Position numbers and translations under genes: made by a program
Assembly: GCA_036172245.1 (NCBI GenBank)
Contig: JAYWIR010000001.1
Location: 9,982,001 to 10,046,000, forward strand
DNA length: 64,000 nt
DNA from: Raillietiella orientalis
Taxonomy: Eukaryota
Reading direction: 5' to 3'
In this document: positions 48,501 through 61,292 of the stretch, piece by piece
Numbering within the stretch: position 1 is the stretch's first letter
Layout: every line of letters begins with the position of its first letter
Notes under the pieces: model-generated
The model's input: the letters and a program-made list of their open reading frames with translations, nothing else
Databases searched by the model: none
Told to the model about the DNA's origin: nothing

Positions 48501-51500
48501 GTGCGTCTTGAGGGGGATGCCCCTCCGAGTCCTTCAGATGGCGATTGAAGGCACTGAGGTTTTCTCTTCCCCCTGTTAAGGAGCAAAAGGCAACATGGCC
48601 GAGTGCAAGCGCATATGGTTCCCCGTGAGAAGCGAGGCAAGGGGGGGAAGACGTCGGTCCAGGACGTAGCATCTGCACCGGAGGAAAGAGGAGGTGCTCC
48701 CTGTGCCGACGTGGGAGACGTCTCCGCCCTCGGAAGCTTCCTGAGTCGCGCTGAAGGGGAGGCCGCGTCCTCCCATCTTCGCCCTGCAACCCGCCGTCGA
48801 AACCGTCCTGAGACCACTGCCCCCGGGAGCTTCCTCGCAGACTCAGAACGTGCAGCCGGTGCTCTCCCTCTTTTGCGATGGGGAGGGGGACCCTCCCTCT
48901 CGTCCGACGCGTTCCTTCCAAAGGACTCTTTCGAGGTCGTCGCGTGACCCTTCCCGGATCCCGAGGCAACGGGAGGAGAAGAACCCCCAGGAAGCTCACC
49001 TGGTCGCGCTCCCCGTCGCCTGGTCCACGGGATAGCACGTACAGGAACACCTTCCTCTCGGGAGGCGGGTTCCGGGAGTAGAAGGTCGCTGTGACGACGG
49101 CAGGCGATGCGTACAGGCAGTCGCTGAGGGCGAGTAGGGCGGTGTCCCTGGTGCCTATAGGGTGCTGCGTGGAGCTCTCCCACTCCGTGTACTCGTTGCT
49201 GACGGCGGCGAAGATCTCCCGCAGGTGGCGCCGGTAGGCGTTCCTGACCAGCGTCCGGAAGACGCGGTCGCGCTTCCGCTCGTCGAACCCGAACCTGAGG
49301 TCGTCCCTGCCGAACAGCGGGTACGCGTCCAGCTCGGAGATGCCCAGGAGCACATCGTAGAGACGAGGTCTCTGCTGCTGCTTGTCCTCCTCCCCTGCCT
49401 CCGTGGAGTCAGGGGAGCCGCGCATGGGCGGGGGACGTCTCTTCCAGCGCTCGCGGTGGTCCCTCTCCACCACCACGCCGTCCACGGAGGGGGCGAACGC
49501 TGGCAGGAATTTCGGGCCTGCGATCCGCGGCTTCATCAGCTCCCTCGCGGAAACGCCCCTCAGACAGCCCACGTCCACGTCGGGTGTCCCGTCCGACGAG
49601 CAGTTCAGGGCTTGGGACAGCTCCGAGGCGTACTGCAAGGGGTCGGAGACGGTGGACCAGAAGCTGTAGGCCGACCCGGACATGAGGATGGCTCTTGAGA
49701 AGAGTCCTGGCAAAAGGATCAGGCTCCTGGCAGAGGTCTAAGTGAGCAAAGGGGGTGGGGAGGAGGAGGAGGAGAAAGGAAAGAGGGATAGGAGAAAAGG
49801 ATCGTCGGAGAGGGAAGTAGAAGAGGGAATACGCTTGGTCAGGATGGGCCAGAGTTGCCTTCATCCATTCCGCCTCTCTCAAGAAGGGAAGGAGTCACTT
49901 CTTTCAAAGGAGGACTCCTGCTGCCGGGGAAATGGAAACAAGGAAAAGGAAAGACCCGTCGAGAGCAGCAGGGAAGAGGAGGATCACAGTGGTGACAGGT
50001 CACTCCTCGGCGACACGGAAAGAGGCAGAGGAAGACGTCTTCACCTTTCTTCTCCTCTCGCTCTCCCATTACCCCCACAGTTCCACCCTTTCGTACCTTC
50101 GGGCACCGCAGGCGACAGCATGAGGAAGTGGACGCAGGCCGCGCCCGTGCCGTGGCCGAGTAGGGTGACATTCCGGGCGTCTCCCCCGAAGGCTCCAATG
50201 TTCTCCTGGATCCAGTGCAGCACAGCTATCTGGTCCATAAGCCCCACGTTGGAGACCACCCTAGCGTGTGGCCTGCGGTTGGCGTTAAGGAAGCCTAGGG
50301 AAGACGGAAGTCCCTAGGTCAACTTCCACGGCATCCTTCCTCTTCTCCTTCCACTCACTCCTTCACCACCCTTCCTCATCCATTCCCAGACGCTGGACAG
50401 AGGGGAGGAAAGGCGAACCCCTCTCCTTCTGGGAGGCAGGGGCCGAGAAGGAGGAGTAACGTTGCACTGCGTCTGTGCAGCTCCCCGCCTTGCCAGCTGC
50501 CAGGTGCGTGTTCTGGAAGATCGGCACGCCGATCCCGCAGCGACAGGGGAGGCCAGGTAGAGGTCGCTCATCGAAGTCGGGGAGTTTCGCGAGCGAATGC
50601 AGCAGACAGGATAAGAGGGACTCTTCCTGAGGGCGGAGGGCGAGCAAGACCGGGATGGCCAGCAGGAAGCGTCCGCAACAGACTCCCTGTCTTCGTGACG
50701 AGAAGCCGGCGTGGTGACCTCGAGCTGCAGCTCCTCTGCACTGCCCTCCCGGGTCTTCAAGAGCACACGGAAGCGGCATGCACGAGGGAACAGCCCAATG
50801 GGTAGCTGACTCTCCCCACTCCCTCGTCAGTCACAATAATCCCCGCTCACCGGAGCTTCGGTTACGTCGCGCGCAGCAAACCGCGCCTACCTCGTGTTGC
50901 CAGCCACAGGGGTTACTGTTACCCCTTCCAAAGCTCCTCACCAGAAGGGAAAGAAGGAGGCAGTGATCACTGCCAGCATCACTCTCGAAAGCGGAATCGA
51001 ACCTGTGACACTGCTGTTGCTGCTGGTGATGACGACGATGGGAAAGAGGGGAGAAGGAAGGAAGGAAGAGAAATGCAAGAAGAGTAGGGAGAAGGAGGAG
51101 AAGAAGGGAGAGAGAAAAAGGAAGGAGGAGAAGGGGAGGAGGAAGGATAGAGGAGGAAGTTGGAGGGGAAGAAGAAAGGGAAGAAAAGGAGGAGGATGGA
51201 GGGAGGAGGAAAGGAAGAGGAAGAGCCGAGGAAGGCGTCAAGTACAGCTCCCGAGAACACCGACAAACGACGACAAATCGGGAGTCAGATGAATGCGGGG
51301 CGGGAAGAGAGACGTCGGATGGCGATGACACTAGTCCGACGTCTCTCCAGATCACAAGGGAAAGAAGAATCTCGAGCCTGCGGTTGTCCAGGAGACCCCA
51401 GCTCCATCCCTCCACCTGGACAACCTGCGCCACCCACCGAAACTGCTGCTGCAGGTCTTCGGGCGGCCTCTGCGCCAAGGAAGAGACTCCCCATCAACAT

Positions 51501-54442
51501 GGGCCCATTTGGCCTTGATGGCCTCGAACTCCTAGCCTCATGTGGCTTCTTCTACAGAAGCGGTTTCGGCTGCGGGACTTCCAAGGGAGCGGCGTGGCCG
51601 TCGATCAGAGACGACTCAAAGGCGTACGCGAGGAGGATGCGTGGGAAAGGAGGGCGGTGGAGGGTAAGAGAAGGACACGAGCGGGTCCCGGATCGGAATG
51701 CACAGGCGCACGGGCGGGCTCCGGGATGAGCGCTTTCTCCAGTCGGTCAGTCGAGGCAGTCGACTCCTTCCATTTTTTTTTTCCTTTCGCCTCTTTTGTG
51801 TATTTGGGCCTAGCCATGTGTCCCGGCGCGCCCTCGAGAAGAGGGAGGCGCCCCAGATCATCCAGGATGCGAAACGAGAGAGCCATCCTTCGCAGGCTGC
51901 GTCCGGAAGGGCACACTTCCCTCCTCCCCCTGCTATCAGAAAGAACACCCAAGAAAGAAAAAGGAGAGAAAAAAAAAGCAGCATGGCAGATCGGGACGTC
52001 TTTGGCCATGGATTCCTGGTCATCCTTCACCGATTCCTTCTCTGTGTCCTGGAAAAACATCAGGAACAGAACGCGGACCATTTGATTTATTCCTTTAATA
52101 TCCGGTCCAGAGCTGTTCCTTCTCCCCGCAGATACCCGCCAAAAATGCACCCCGTGATATATCATGAAGCGCCCCGACTGCATCCGCGGAGTGGGACCTG
52201 GGTGTGCCCCGGCTAGCAGGGAAGTGGGGGAAAAGGAAAAAAACAGGGGGAAATGGAATGAGGGAAGCGCCTGGGAAGACACGTTATCATGCTGAAGAAA
52301 AGTCCCCGGGACCTGGAGCCAAAGATCGACGACAACCGGCGGGTGGAGTCCATTTTTCGTGCCCACGAATAGAAAGAGGGGACTCCAGGAGGCTCCGAGA
52401 GGGAAGAGATCGAGCAGTTTTCCCCCCTCCCCCACTAAAGATACCCTGTCAAGATGCCTCCCGGGAACCCTCCGGGATGGAACGCAGAGAGAGGTCCGGA
52501 AAAGCCAGCAAGGGATGGGGCAGGGCGAAAGATCTCGCCCTTCCAGACTGTGGGTCGGGGAGCTCAGCGGGCAGTGCAGTTCACTGCTGCCAGCCTCCCC
52601 TGGGACGAGGGCAGCGCGGCAAGCGAATAGCGGCTCCCTGCCCTCGCTCCAGAGGCACGCGATGATACCCGCTCACTTCGGTCTCCTTGCCTCAAAGCGG
52701 CCCGTGGAGAAAGCAGATGAGCCCTTCTGACCGTGAAGGGGGCAGGATGATAGGGTAAACAACCGTCGAGGGGGGAGGAGGAGGTGAGGAAAGGAAACCA
52801 GGAGGGAAGAGATTCCTGCAGGCAGTTCCTGTTTGGGGCAGAGGCATGTAGTCCCTCTCCTCCCCCTCCCCTGGAGCCCGTACTCTGCGCGACCTCATGA
52901 AACCAGCGGCTCTCCAGTTGCGGGGAAGGAGCAGAGAAGAAAGGAGAGGTGGAGTGAAGGAGGGGGAAGAGAAGGGATGAGGAGCAAGAGGAAAGGAGGA
53001 CGAAGAAGGGAAAAGGAGGAGGAGGAGGAAGAAGAAAGGACCACTTCCACTTCCTCTTTCTTTCTGCCCTCCTTCCAGCTTTTGCCAACAGGGGTGTCAG
53101 AAAAAGGGGTGGCGGAAGCGATCCCCGTCTTCCAGAGTTCCTCGAATGCAGGCTCGAGATGAGGCATGACGTCGTTTTCTGGGGTATGGGGAAGCGTCCG
53201 TACGACGGTGCTGTCGGCGGGCCGATTGCTAAGCAGCCGCGTGTCTGAAGGGGCTGCTTTTTAACCAAGGGGGAGACATCGTGGCGTCAAAACCAGAAGA
53301 GCGATCGCCTGCTGTGTTGATGTTCCCTGATCCCACTCTGCTTCCCTCATCCTTCATCTCCACGGTGTGCCGGTTCCGCTTCCTCGGTGACCGTTCGGGA
53401 AAACAGATGTCACGGAGCGTTCGGGAGCGCCTCATCCCTCATTTTTCCCAGGCTCTTCCAAGTTGCTTTCCTGCTTCTGCTGCTCCTCCTCCTTCGCCGC
53501 CTCGGCCGTGCTCTCCCCAGCATCTGCTTCAGCCACTGTCTGCATCGTCTTCCTCGAGAAGGAGACGCGGAGCATCGAGGGATCCTCTGGTCCCGCGATG
53601 CAGGCGAGGAGGCGACTTCTCTCGTGCCCGAAGGTCGGGATTTCACAGGGGCGGGGCAGGGGGGGGGCAGAAAGGTGAATGCTGCAAGGGGGGCGAGCGG
53701 AGATTGGGCAGCCACGAAGCAGACGATGCTCTCGCCAAAGAATCAGAGGAGGGCGAGTCCGGTGCTTCATTTTCCGCGGGTTTCTCCTTTGCTTGGTCTG
53801 TCGGCTGCAGTGGTCACTTCGGACAGACTTCTGCATGTGAAGGTTATCTGTGCTCACACCACGGGAAGAAGAAGAAAGAAAAGGAGCAGAAGGAGAAGAA
53901 AGGGATGAGGATGAGGAGGAAGGGGAGGAGTAGGAAGGAAAGAGGAGGAAGGGTGGAGGACAAAAGGTGGAGGAGGAGGAGGTGAGGGAGAAGCGGTTCT
54001 TCGACAACACTCCTTTCAAGCAGCACACACCCAGCAAAAGAAAGGTTCCGTGTCAAGACAGGGGTCCGAGGGACAGGGAGCCTTCTGGCTTCGGAGTGGC
54101 CCCTCCTGGAAGCTGGGGGAGACCAACCCACTCGGAGGCTGAAGAGTGTCTCCTTAGGGTTGAGGACGGTCTCGCGCGTCGTGCGGATCCACCCTCGCCA
54201 GCCTCTCTCGTCACACTGGTGCCTCGCCCTCAAGCGGCGTCGCTGGCGCGGCGGGAGACGCGGCGGGCATCGCATGCTGTCCTCACCTAGTCTTCCCAGG
54301 CGGTAGTTGATGGTAACCACGATGATGCGCGCGTACGATGCCAGAGCGCTTCCCTCGTACAAGTTCCCGCTGCCGTACTCGAAGCTGTCCCCGTGGATGA
54401 AGACCACGATCGGCAGGGGCTCTTCCACCACGTCGAGGTTAC
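39552..54442 (-). CDS. NLGN: Neuroligin (non-catalytic cholinesterase-like adhesion protein), last six coding exons; 5' exons not found in the window
   Basis: Exons: 54442-54287 ([40 protein letters not shown]), 50294-50097 ([37 protein letters not shown]), 49706-49000 ([11 protein letters not shown]...[16 protein letters not shown]), 41610-41465 ([10 protein letters not shown]...[11 protein letters not shown]), 41349-41243 ([13 protein letters not shown]) and 40450-39552 ([48 protein letters not shown]-terminus EMTV*). All introns are GT-AG with compatible phases. Confidence 0.95.
42400..42800 (+). repeat. Dispersed intronic repeat family, copy 1
   Basis: CACCCTACGAATCCAGGAAGGACTCCGGAGGAAGG...GAGGGAACC matches 63620-63700, 60220-60300 and 60610-60690. 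Confidence 0.65.
42980..43036 (-). mobile_element. tRNA-derived SINE-like head (internally shortened)
   Basis: Minus: GCCCGCGCTGGCCG...GTCGCAGGTTCGAATTCCGCCCGGGG. Contains a Pol III B-box-like GGTTCGAAT and shares its start and end with 61201-61292. Confidence 0.55.
53550..53990 (+). repeat. Arm 1 of an intronic inverted repeat pair (partner about 57170-57650)
   Basis: 53719-53827 (GCAGACGATGC...GAGTCCGGTGCTTC...TCTGTCGGCTGCAGTGGT) is the approximate reverse complement of 57327-57434. Similarity continues through CACCACGGGAA and the purine tract. Confidence 0.8.
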
Positions 54443-55319
54443 CTGGAATCACCGCTTGAGACTCCCGTGGGAGAGTTGGCTAGTGACGGAAGCAGAGGAA
54501 AGCGCACAGCATCTGCACCGCGGTCCGCATCCCTGCCGGCAGGGAGGACGGAAAGATTCCGGAGGCCCTCCTAATGAGAACCCGCTGCTCCAGACTCGAG
54601 CGAGTCCGCCGGGTACGCTCCGCGTTCCCTCCCGGAATGGGAACCATTCTAATTGAAACACCGTAAAACACACACGCGTCCCGGGGGAACAGGAATCCCT
54701 CGATCGTGCCGAGAGTTGCAGCCTTCTCAGCATCCCGTATTCCGACCAGGGGATTTTTTTTTTGTGCGTGCGCATGCCTCGCTCAGACCAGAGCGCGGAA
54801 GCGCTCGCGGCAGTCTGGAGTTCCCACGTCTCTCTTCACGCACCTTCGCGGCTGCTTCCGTGTGCGTCCGGAGTCGCGCAGGGAGCTCTGAGCCGCGATC
54901 CACTGTCCTAGCCCGCGCTTCCTGAGGCCACGCGCGATGGCAACGGACATTCGCCGCCGAGAGGCACTCGTGAGGAAGCGGCGCGCGGGTGCCGGAAATG
55001 CGAAAGATGGCTTCCTCACGCCACCGGAATTTCCGTCCGGGACGCGTCAAGAAGGAAAGTTTGGAAGCGCCGCCTTCCGAACACGTCGGGACGACCTGGA
55101 GATCGATCCCGCCTATAAATCGTGCGATCTGCCCATTCTAGGCTCTACGAATTCTCCCGTGGATCAGGGAAAGCTCTGATCTCCACGCGGCTTATCCAGA
55201 ACTTTCCAGAGTGGGAAAGGAACGGCAGCATCTCCTTCGATCGCGTCTGCCTGTCGGGCCGGGACCATGGCAACGAGTGCCGATGTAAGGCATGCGGCTG
55301 CTTTATCTGCAGGCGGGAC

Positions 55320-55665
55320 GAGGGAGGGGGCTGGAAGCGGAGGAAAGGGAAAGCGGGGAGGAAAGAAGGAAGAAAGAGGATACAAGGAGGAGGATAAGGA
55401 AGGAAGGAAGGGAGGAGGAGGGGAAGGGAGGATAAGGAAGGAAGGAAGGGAGGAGGAGGAAGAAGGGAGGAAGAGGAGCAAAGGAGGAAAGGGAAAACGG
55501 GAGGAAAGAAAGAAGAAAGACGAAAGAAGAAAGAGGAAAGAAGAAGAAAAATTAGGACGAGGAGGAAGAGGAAGAAGGAGAAAGGAGAGAGGAAACGGAA
55601 AATGAGAAGGAAGAAAAAAGAAAGAGGAAAGGAGGAGGAAGAGGAGGAAGGAGGGGAAGCAGAAG
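55320..55665 (+). repeat. Long low-complexity polypurine (GA-rich) tract
   Basis: About 340 nt of almost only G and A. Similar tracts lie at about 22770-22845, 51040-51235, 52930-53040 and 53865-53990. Confidence 0.85.
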
Positions 55666-57169
55666 ACCTGACATCCAGTGGCAGGTCAGCTGATTGGACT
55701 GGGCCGCGAAAGTGCAAGTTCTCGGGGACCTTCTAGGAGGAGAGGTGCCGGCGGATCGGCAGCCGCTGCCATGGTCCTTTCCCAACCGGTCGATGCGATC
55801 GAGAGAGATGCAGCAGCTTCTTCCTGGTTCGTGGGATCCGTCGCTGGTCCTCAGCTTCCTCTCCCATCCACAGCAGATCGCAGATCCGAGGTGTGATTTC
55901 GAAACGCTGGTCAACACCTCGGGCTCACGTGAGCTCCCACCCGATTTTGCCGGACCAGAGCTCGGTGGAGACCGCCTCTTCGATGGCTCCGGAGGATCAC
56001 GCGGAGGCGGCTTCCTTCTGTAGCCAACCGCAGGTCGGGGACCGTGCCAATAGCGCGGCTTCCTGACGCTCCCTCCACCGCGCGCTCTGTGCAGCGGTTC
56101 CTAGGGGGAGGAAGGATCGATGGGCGTGTAGCTCTAGCTGACAACCTTTCAACGATCTCTTTGGGTGGAGACGAGTCCACGGCACAGCTGGAGATCCCTG
56201 AAATGTCCTTTTCCGCGGCACCGCGAGCGTCGTTTGCATGGGAGACGGTAGGGGTTCTGTGTTGGTCCCAACATTCTGCGGCGTCTCGTAGTCGTGGCCG
56301 GGGGAAAAGAAGAGAACTCTCCCGGTTCCCCCTGGTCCAGAGGCACGCACATTTCGCTGTTGGATCCCATCTACGGAAGTAGTCACCCTGTTTCCGTCTC
56401 CGCACCAAGTCGCCGCTGTCTCAGACCTCGACGTGCTTCGTAGCAGAGTGACCTCTGCACTTCGCCCTGCGGTGAGGCAGACGAGTGGTCGTTCCTGCGC
56501 TCGGTGGCGTCTCCCTCGCCTAAGGGCGAGCCGAAGAGGAGCTCAGCTTTCCCTTGCCGGACCTTTCGCATCCCACTTTCATCCGAGGTATACTCTCGTC
56601 GCTCGGGGCAACGACCTTCAGGAATCAAGGAAAAAGTGAAGAGAAAAGGATTTTCAGGTGCATGCATCCCCTCCGCAGCGACCTTCGGGTCTCTCGGGAC
56701 CCACGCTCGAAGGAGGAGAGTGCGCTGGGTGTTTTCGATCATACTCCGCCGGGAATGAATGCGGACTTTCAGGGAATGAAACGGAGGTAAGGCGCTGAAG
56801 AGTAACCCGAACATTCGGGCCCGAAGTGGTCATCCTACCCCAGTCCCCGGTCCCCGTCAGCTGGCAGTTCCGGCTCTCCTTTCCCTTGCTTCCTCCTCCG
56901 CAGTTCCTCCCTCCCGAGGGAGATTCGAAAAAAAGAGTCCCAGGAAGCGGGAATCGCTGATGACCCGTCCAGACGCCTTCCGAGCTCTCCTTCCCACTTG
57001 GACAGCGGAGCTCCGGGATGCCCTCGGAATGTCCTTCGAAGTTCCCGTTCCTCGCTGCAGAGCGCGGGTCCGGAGGAGGGATGAAGCATCGAAAAGGAAG
57101 GATTCCATCACACCCTTCTTCCGTGGGTGGTCTTGCGGATACCCGCGGAGCCGCTTCCGCGGCTCCGTT

Positions 57170-57650
57170 TCCTCGTCCTCCTTCACTCTTCTTCTGCTTC
57201 CCCCCCTCTTCCTCTTTCCTTCCCCTTCCCTTCCTCCTCTTCCTCCTCATTCCTTCCTTCTTCTCCCTTCCCTCTCCTCCTACTCTTCCTCTTCTTTCTT
57301 CTTATTCCCGTGGTGCGCGCCGAGATCTTTCCGAAATTACCACTGCAGCCGACAGAGCAAGCAAAAGAGAGACTCGCGGGGAACGAAGCACCGGACTCGT
57401 CCCTCCTCCGATTTGTCGGCGAGGGCATCGTCTGCGACTGCCCTTGGGGCGAGAGGAAAGGAAGAGCAAAGCCGGAAGAGGGATGGAGTCCCTGTTCCAC
57501 GGCGGGAAAAACTTTTCCATTGGTTCGAGCGGAGAGTGGACCAAGGGGGTGGGCCCAGGCAGTTCGTCGCCAGTGTCACGTTTTTTTTGCGGACCCCGGT
57601 GTGGTTCCACAGAGCGGAGGATCCCGCGGCACCGCGAGCTTCATCCCAGC
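57170..57650 (-). repeat. Arm 2 of the intronic inverted repeat pair
   Basis: ACCACTGCAGCCGACAGA...GAAGCACCGGACTCG...GCATCGTCTGC, preceded by a polypyrimidine tract that complements the purine tract of arm 1. Confidence 0.8.
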
Positions 57651-60064
57651 CCGTGTTGGATACCGCGTGGCTGCGGCCCCCGTGCACACGGAAACATCAG
57701 GAGTCGCGGATTCGGATCCTGCCCGGAGAAGGATCGACTCCGAGAGAAGGCGTCCCATCGCACGTGGATGGCGCTGGCAGGCGGCCTCACAGGAAAGAGA
57801 TGAGGGCGGCGAAGAGAGGCGCGCGACCCGGCAGTGAGCGGCGGGGCGATTCCGTGAGCGCCGGTGCGTCGTCGACTGACCGTCGCCCTCGGCGCCCTCG
57901 CGTCCCCGCCCTCGTGTTTCTTTCCTCAGGCACTTTCACGCACGGTCCTGCGTCGAACCTTTCGGAGGGGTCTGGAGAGAATCCAGGAGACTCGAGGGAT
58001 GGAGGGAGGGGAGAGGGGGAAGGACGGGGCGCGAAAGGGGTTAAATTTCGCTTGCCCGACGTCTCCCTGATGAACTTTCTGGAGCTCCCTTATGAGCTCC
58101 CAGGACTGGGATGACCAGCTCTCGCGTTGGGATGACACCTGGCTCCTATGGACTGGACGGCGGAGGGCGTCTCGGACACTCACGCTTAGTCCGAAAACAC
58201 GCCCTCGCTCCTGCGACGCCCTGGGGCATTCTGTAGAAATCCTTGAGTTCTTTCTTTTTCTTCTATCTTCGCTGTTTATATTCCTTGCAGCTGTTTTTCT
58301 TTTTTTTTCTCGTGGTAGGGGCGCCACCATCGGCAGTCCGGCGGGAGGTGAGCGAAGCTCCCTCTTTCCTCCTTACTGCCCTTTTACCGGTCTTCAGCTA
58401 AGGGTTCCGAGAAGGAGGAGGGAATCGTCTAGCAATGCTGAGGTTCGTGGGTAGCCCCTTGCGCATCCGGGAATGGAGGCAAGGGGCTTATCGGGAAGAC
58501 CGACCCCCGGCCAGAAAGAGCAGCCACGCAGGAAGAGGAGGGAGAGAAAGGACTCTCGTTCCCCTTCGAGACCCTGAATTTGGTGGACCTCTAGTGGACC
58601 TACCCTCTCCTCCAGAGCAGCAGATCGCCCTCGTAGAGAACCCATAGCAATGCGCCGAGGCGGGTCACGTTGGGGCGTGGCCAGAAACGGCGCGAAGCAC
58701 TTCCGCGTCGAAGAAGACGACGCACGAGACGACGTCATTTCCCTCCCCTGTCTTTTCCTTTACCCCATCCGTCCTTGAGGGGGGACTTCTTGTGGTGGAA
58801 GGGGGTGGGGGCGGCGAAGGCGGTCTCCGGTCGGCTCCGACGGAAAGTCCGAGAGCAAGCCAACCTCCGCAGAGAGCCGGAACGCAGACGTGCGCTATCA
58901 CGAGCCCGCTACGCGGTTTCCCGCGGGGGCGATCCGATCGACGCCGCTTTCCCCGTCTCCATGGAGACGATCCAAGAAGGGGAGCACGCGCGGCTCATGA
59001 AAATGCATCTCGGAAAGTTGACGGGAGCAGCGGAGCGGGCAGCCTGCGCGTCTCCTCGTCGCAGGAACGAGGGGGAGGAGGGGGGAGAAATCGAAAGATG
59101 GGATGCAGTGGACCAAAACTTTCCCAGATGAAAATGCGCAACCCGCTATCGCCGTGTGTATCATCGGCTGGGGAAGTCCCTCGTCGTTCCCTGCGGGCAC
59201 GAGCGGGAAATCCCGAAGCGACTGATTTCGGATGCCGGAGGGGGCGCCTGTGTGGGGGCGGGTCGGCAGGGCCGACGACCCTCCTTCGGACAGAAAATTC
59301 TCTTCCATACGCTCCGTCAACTGCGTCACGACACAGAGGTCCCTTTGGGGACGCCCGGGACCCTCCCGGGCAGGAGCGCCAAAGACGGCGCGAAGCGAAG
59401 GGCGGGAGAGTCCGTTCGCTTGGGACTCGGATGAGGGAGGCCGTTCGCGGCTGGCTCGGCGGCGAACCACCAGAGAGGGTAGAGCTCTGGAAAGCCTTGC
59501 AGTGCCCCCAAGAGCTGCGCTGGGCGCACCGGACAAGACTGGCTGCCCTGGAAGCAGACTAGCCATCGAATTGCCCCTCCTCCGTCCCGCGGTTCCACCG
59601 CTCCCGGACCGCTCTCGGACTCGCGAGCGCTCCCATGGCGACCAGCAATCCCCGTACCTGCGGGGAAGGGATTGCAGGTCACCATGAGGAGGGGGAGGGG
59701 GGTGGAGAAAACTGAGAGATGGTGACTTGTTCGCCTCCTTCCATGAAGCAGTAGCGACCCTGGATTTCGCGCCGTGGAGACAGAGGGGAGCTCCAGAGCA
59801 TCCAGGAGTCTGGACGGAGCTTCCTTGCCCGGCTGACCATCGGGAGAGGGGAACGGAGGGAGGTAAGCGCGGGTCCTCGGCAGGGGAGCGAACAGGCTGA
59901 ACCGTTGAAAGGGAAAGCGGAGGGGTGCCGGGGAGTTCTGTGGAGGGGGAGCCGAACCGAAACGGAGGAGGAGGCCGGTCGGAGAGGGGCCACGCGGGAG
60001 ACGGCAGGCTATCTCGGGCCCAGGCCACTCCTCGGAAGGGAAGCTGCAGAGCCGGTGGGAGGGA

Positions 60065-60960
60065 TCATCTCCTTTTTCAGTCCTCAAGGAGTGCTGAAGA
60101 GCCGTTCGCCTCCATAGGTAGAGGGGGGGGGGGGAAATCAGGAGGTTCCCCAACATTGTTCACCCCACCCTAGAGGGTGCTCGAGCGTTGACTCTTTAAG
60201 TTAGGGGGTGACACATAGGGACTACCCTTTGGATCCGGGAAGGGCTCCGGAGGAAGGAGTGGTTCCCTCTCGCGCTTGGGAGAGCCCCGAAGGGAACCCA
60301 CCGTCGGTCCTGGTTGTCTCTGGAGGGAACCCGGTCATGGCGATCCGGGACACTCCCGGAAGGCTGACGTGTTCCTTCACCGTAGGATCGTCGGCTCGAA
60401 GAGGGGTGCGGAGTCTCCGCTGTCGCCCGTCCGCCTTCCCCCACGAGAGCGCTGCGGGTACGCGCCTCCCTGCGGCCTCGTTCCTCCACCGGGGCGCCTC
60501 CGCCCCAGGGCTTCCTGAGAGTAGCACTTGCGAGGCGAAGAGGTGCATGCCACTCGAGACACGCTCTGCGACCCTGCAGTTAAAGGGTGACCCCTAACTG
60601 AAGGGTCGCCATTATGGAGCCGGGAAGGGCTCTAGAGGAAGGAGACGGTTCCTCTGGAGCTTGAGAGGGAACCCCAGCGGGAACCACCTCTTCCTCATCC
60701 TCTCCGGAGGGACCCCTAGGAGAAGGTACTCCGCTTCTCCTCAGGAGGAACCCCTGAAAGGGGCCTCTCCCGGAATTTCTTCATGGAGGGCACCCGCAAG
60801 GGAACCACTCCCCGTTTTACTCCTCTGAAGGGAACCCCGAAGGGACGCTTCCCAATTTTCTCTGAAGGGTCCGCTCTCGGAAGGGGGCAGAGCGCTTGCA
60901 TTCCGTAGAGGCAACCCCTTAGGGGGGGTATCAACCACCCCATGGTACGGCTCCACTTTC
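60065..60960 (+). repeat. Dispersed intronic repeat family, two partial tandem copies
   Basis: GTTGACTCTTTAAGTTAGGGGGTGAC, plus CCGGGAAGGGCTC(C/T)(G/A)GAGGAAGGAG at about 60235 and 60620, with many GGGAACC submotifs. Confidence 0.65.
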
Positions 60961-61200
60961 ACTGCTGGAGGGGAATCCCGAAGAACCCCTTGATTCTGGA
61001 AGGACCTCGGAGAGTCAGTTTGCAATCCCGGTCAGTCGACGGGGGCATCCGGCGTCCACCATTGCCGCCGCATCCGAATAGGCCGCGGAAGCACGGAAGC
61101 TTCCCCTGCGGCGCGGTGCCGACCGAAGCCAGCCGAGACCAGCCAGCACCATTCTGTTGGAGAGACTCGAAACCCACGACGCCCCCTTCTCGGCTTGGAT

Positions 61201-61292
61201 GCTCCCCCGGGCGGGATTCGAACCCACGACTCCTGGCACGCCCGGGGTGCAGTGCATGCAGAGACCGCAGTCTCCCGGCCATCGACGCGGGC
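61201..61292 (-). mobile_element. tRNA-derived SINE-like head / tRNA pseudogene
   Basis: Minus: GCCCGCGTCGATGGCCGGG...GTCGTGGGTTCGAATCCCGCCCGGGGGAGC. Has a B box and T-arm, but no canonical acceptor stem or anticodon arm. Confidence 0.6.

Noticed and set aside
39552-54442. Active carboxylesterase / acetylcholinesterase
   Set aside because: The nucleophile elbow is GHGTG with no serine, and the TM helix and C-terminal motif are typical of neuroligins.
56960-60156. Long ORFs (384, 376, 276 aa) as genes or missing neuroligin 5' exons
   Set aside because: They are low-complexity GC-rich frames. I could not find the expected N-terminal neuroligin motifs (e.g. FLGVPYA, SEDCLYLN).
61201-61292. Functional tRNA gene
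   Set aside because: Only the T-arm and B box are canonical. The acceptor stem does not pair and no anticodon arm is evident.
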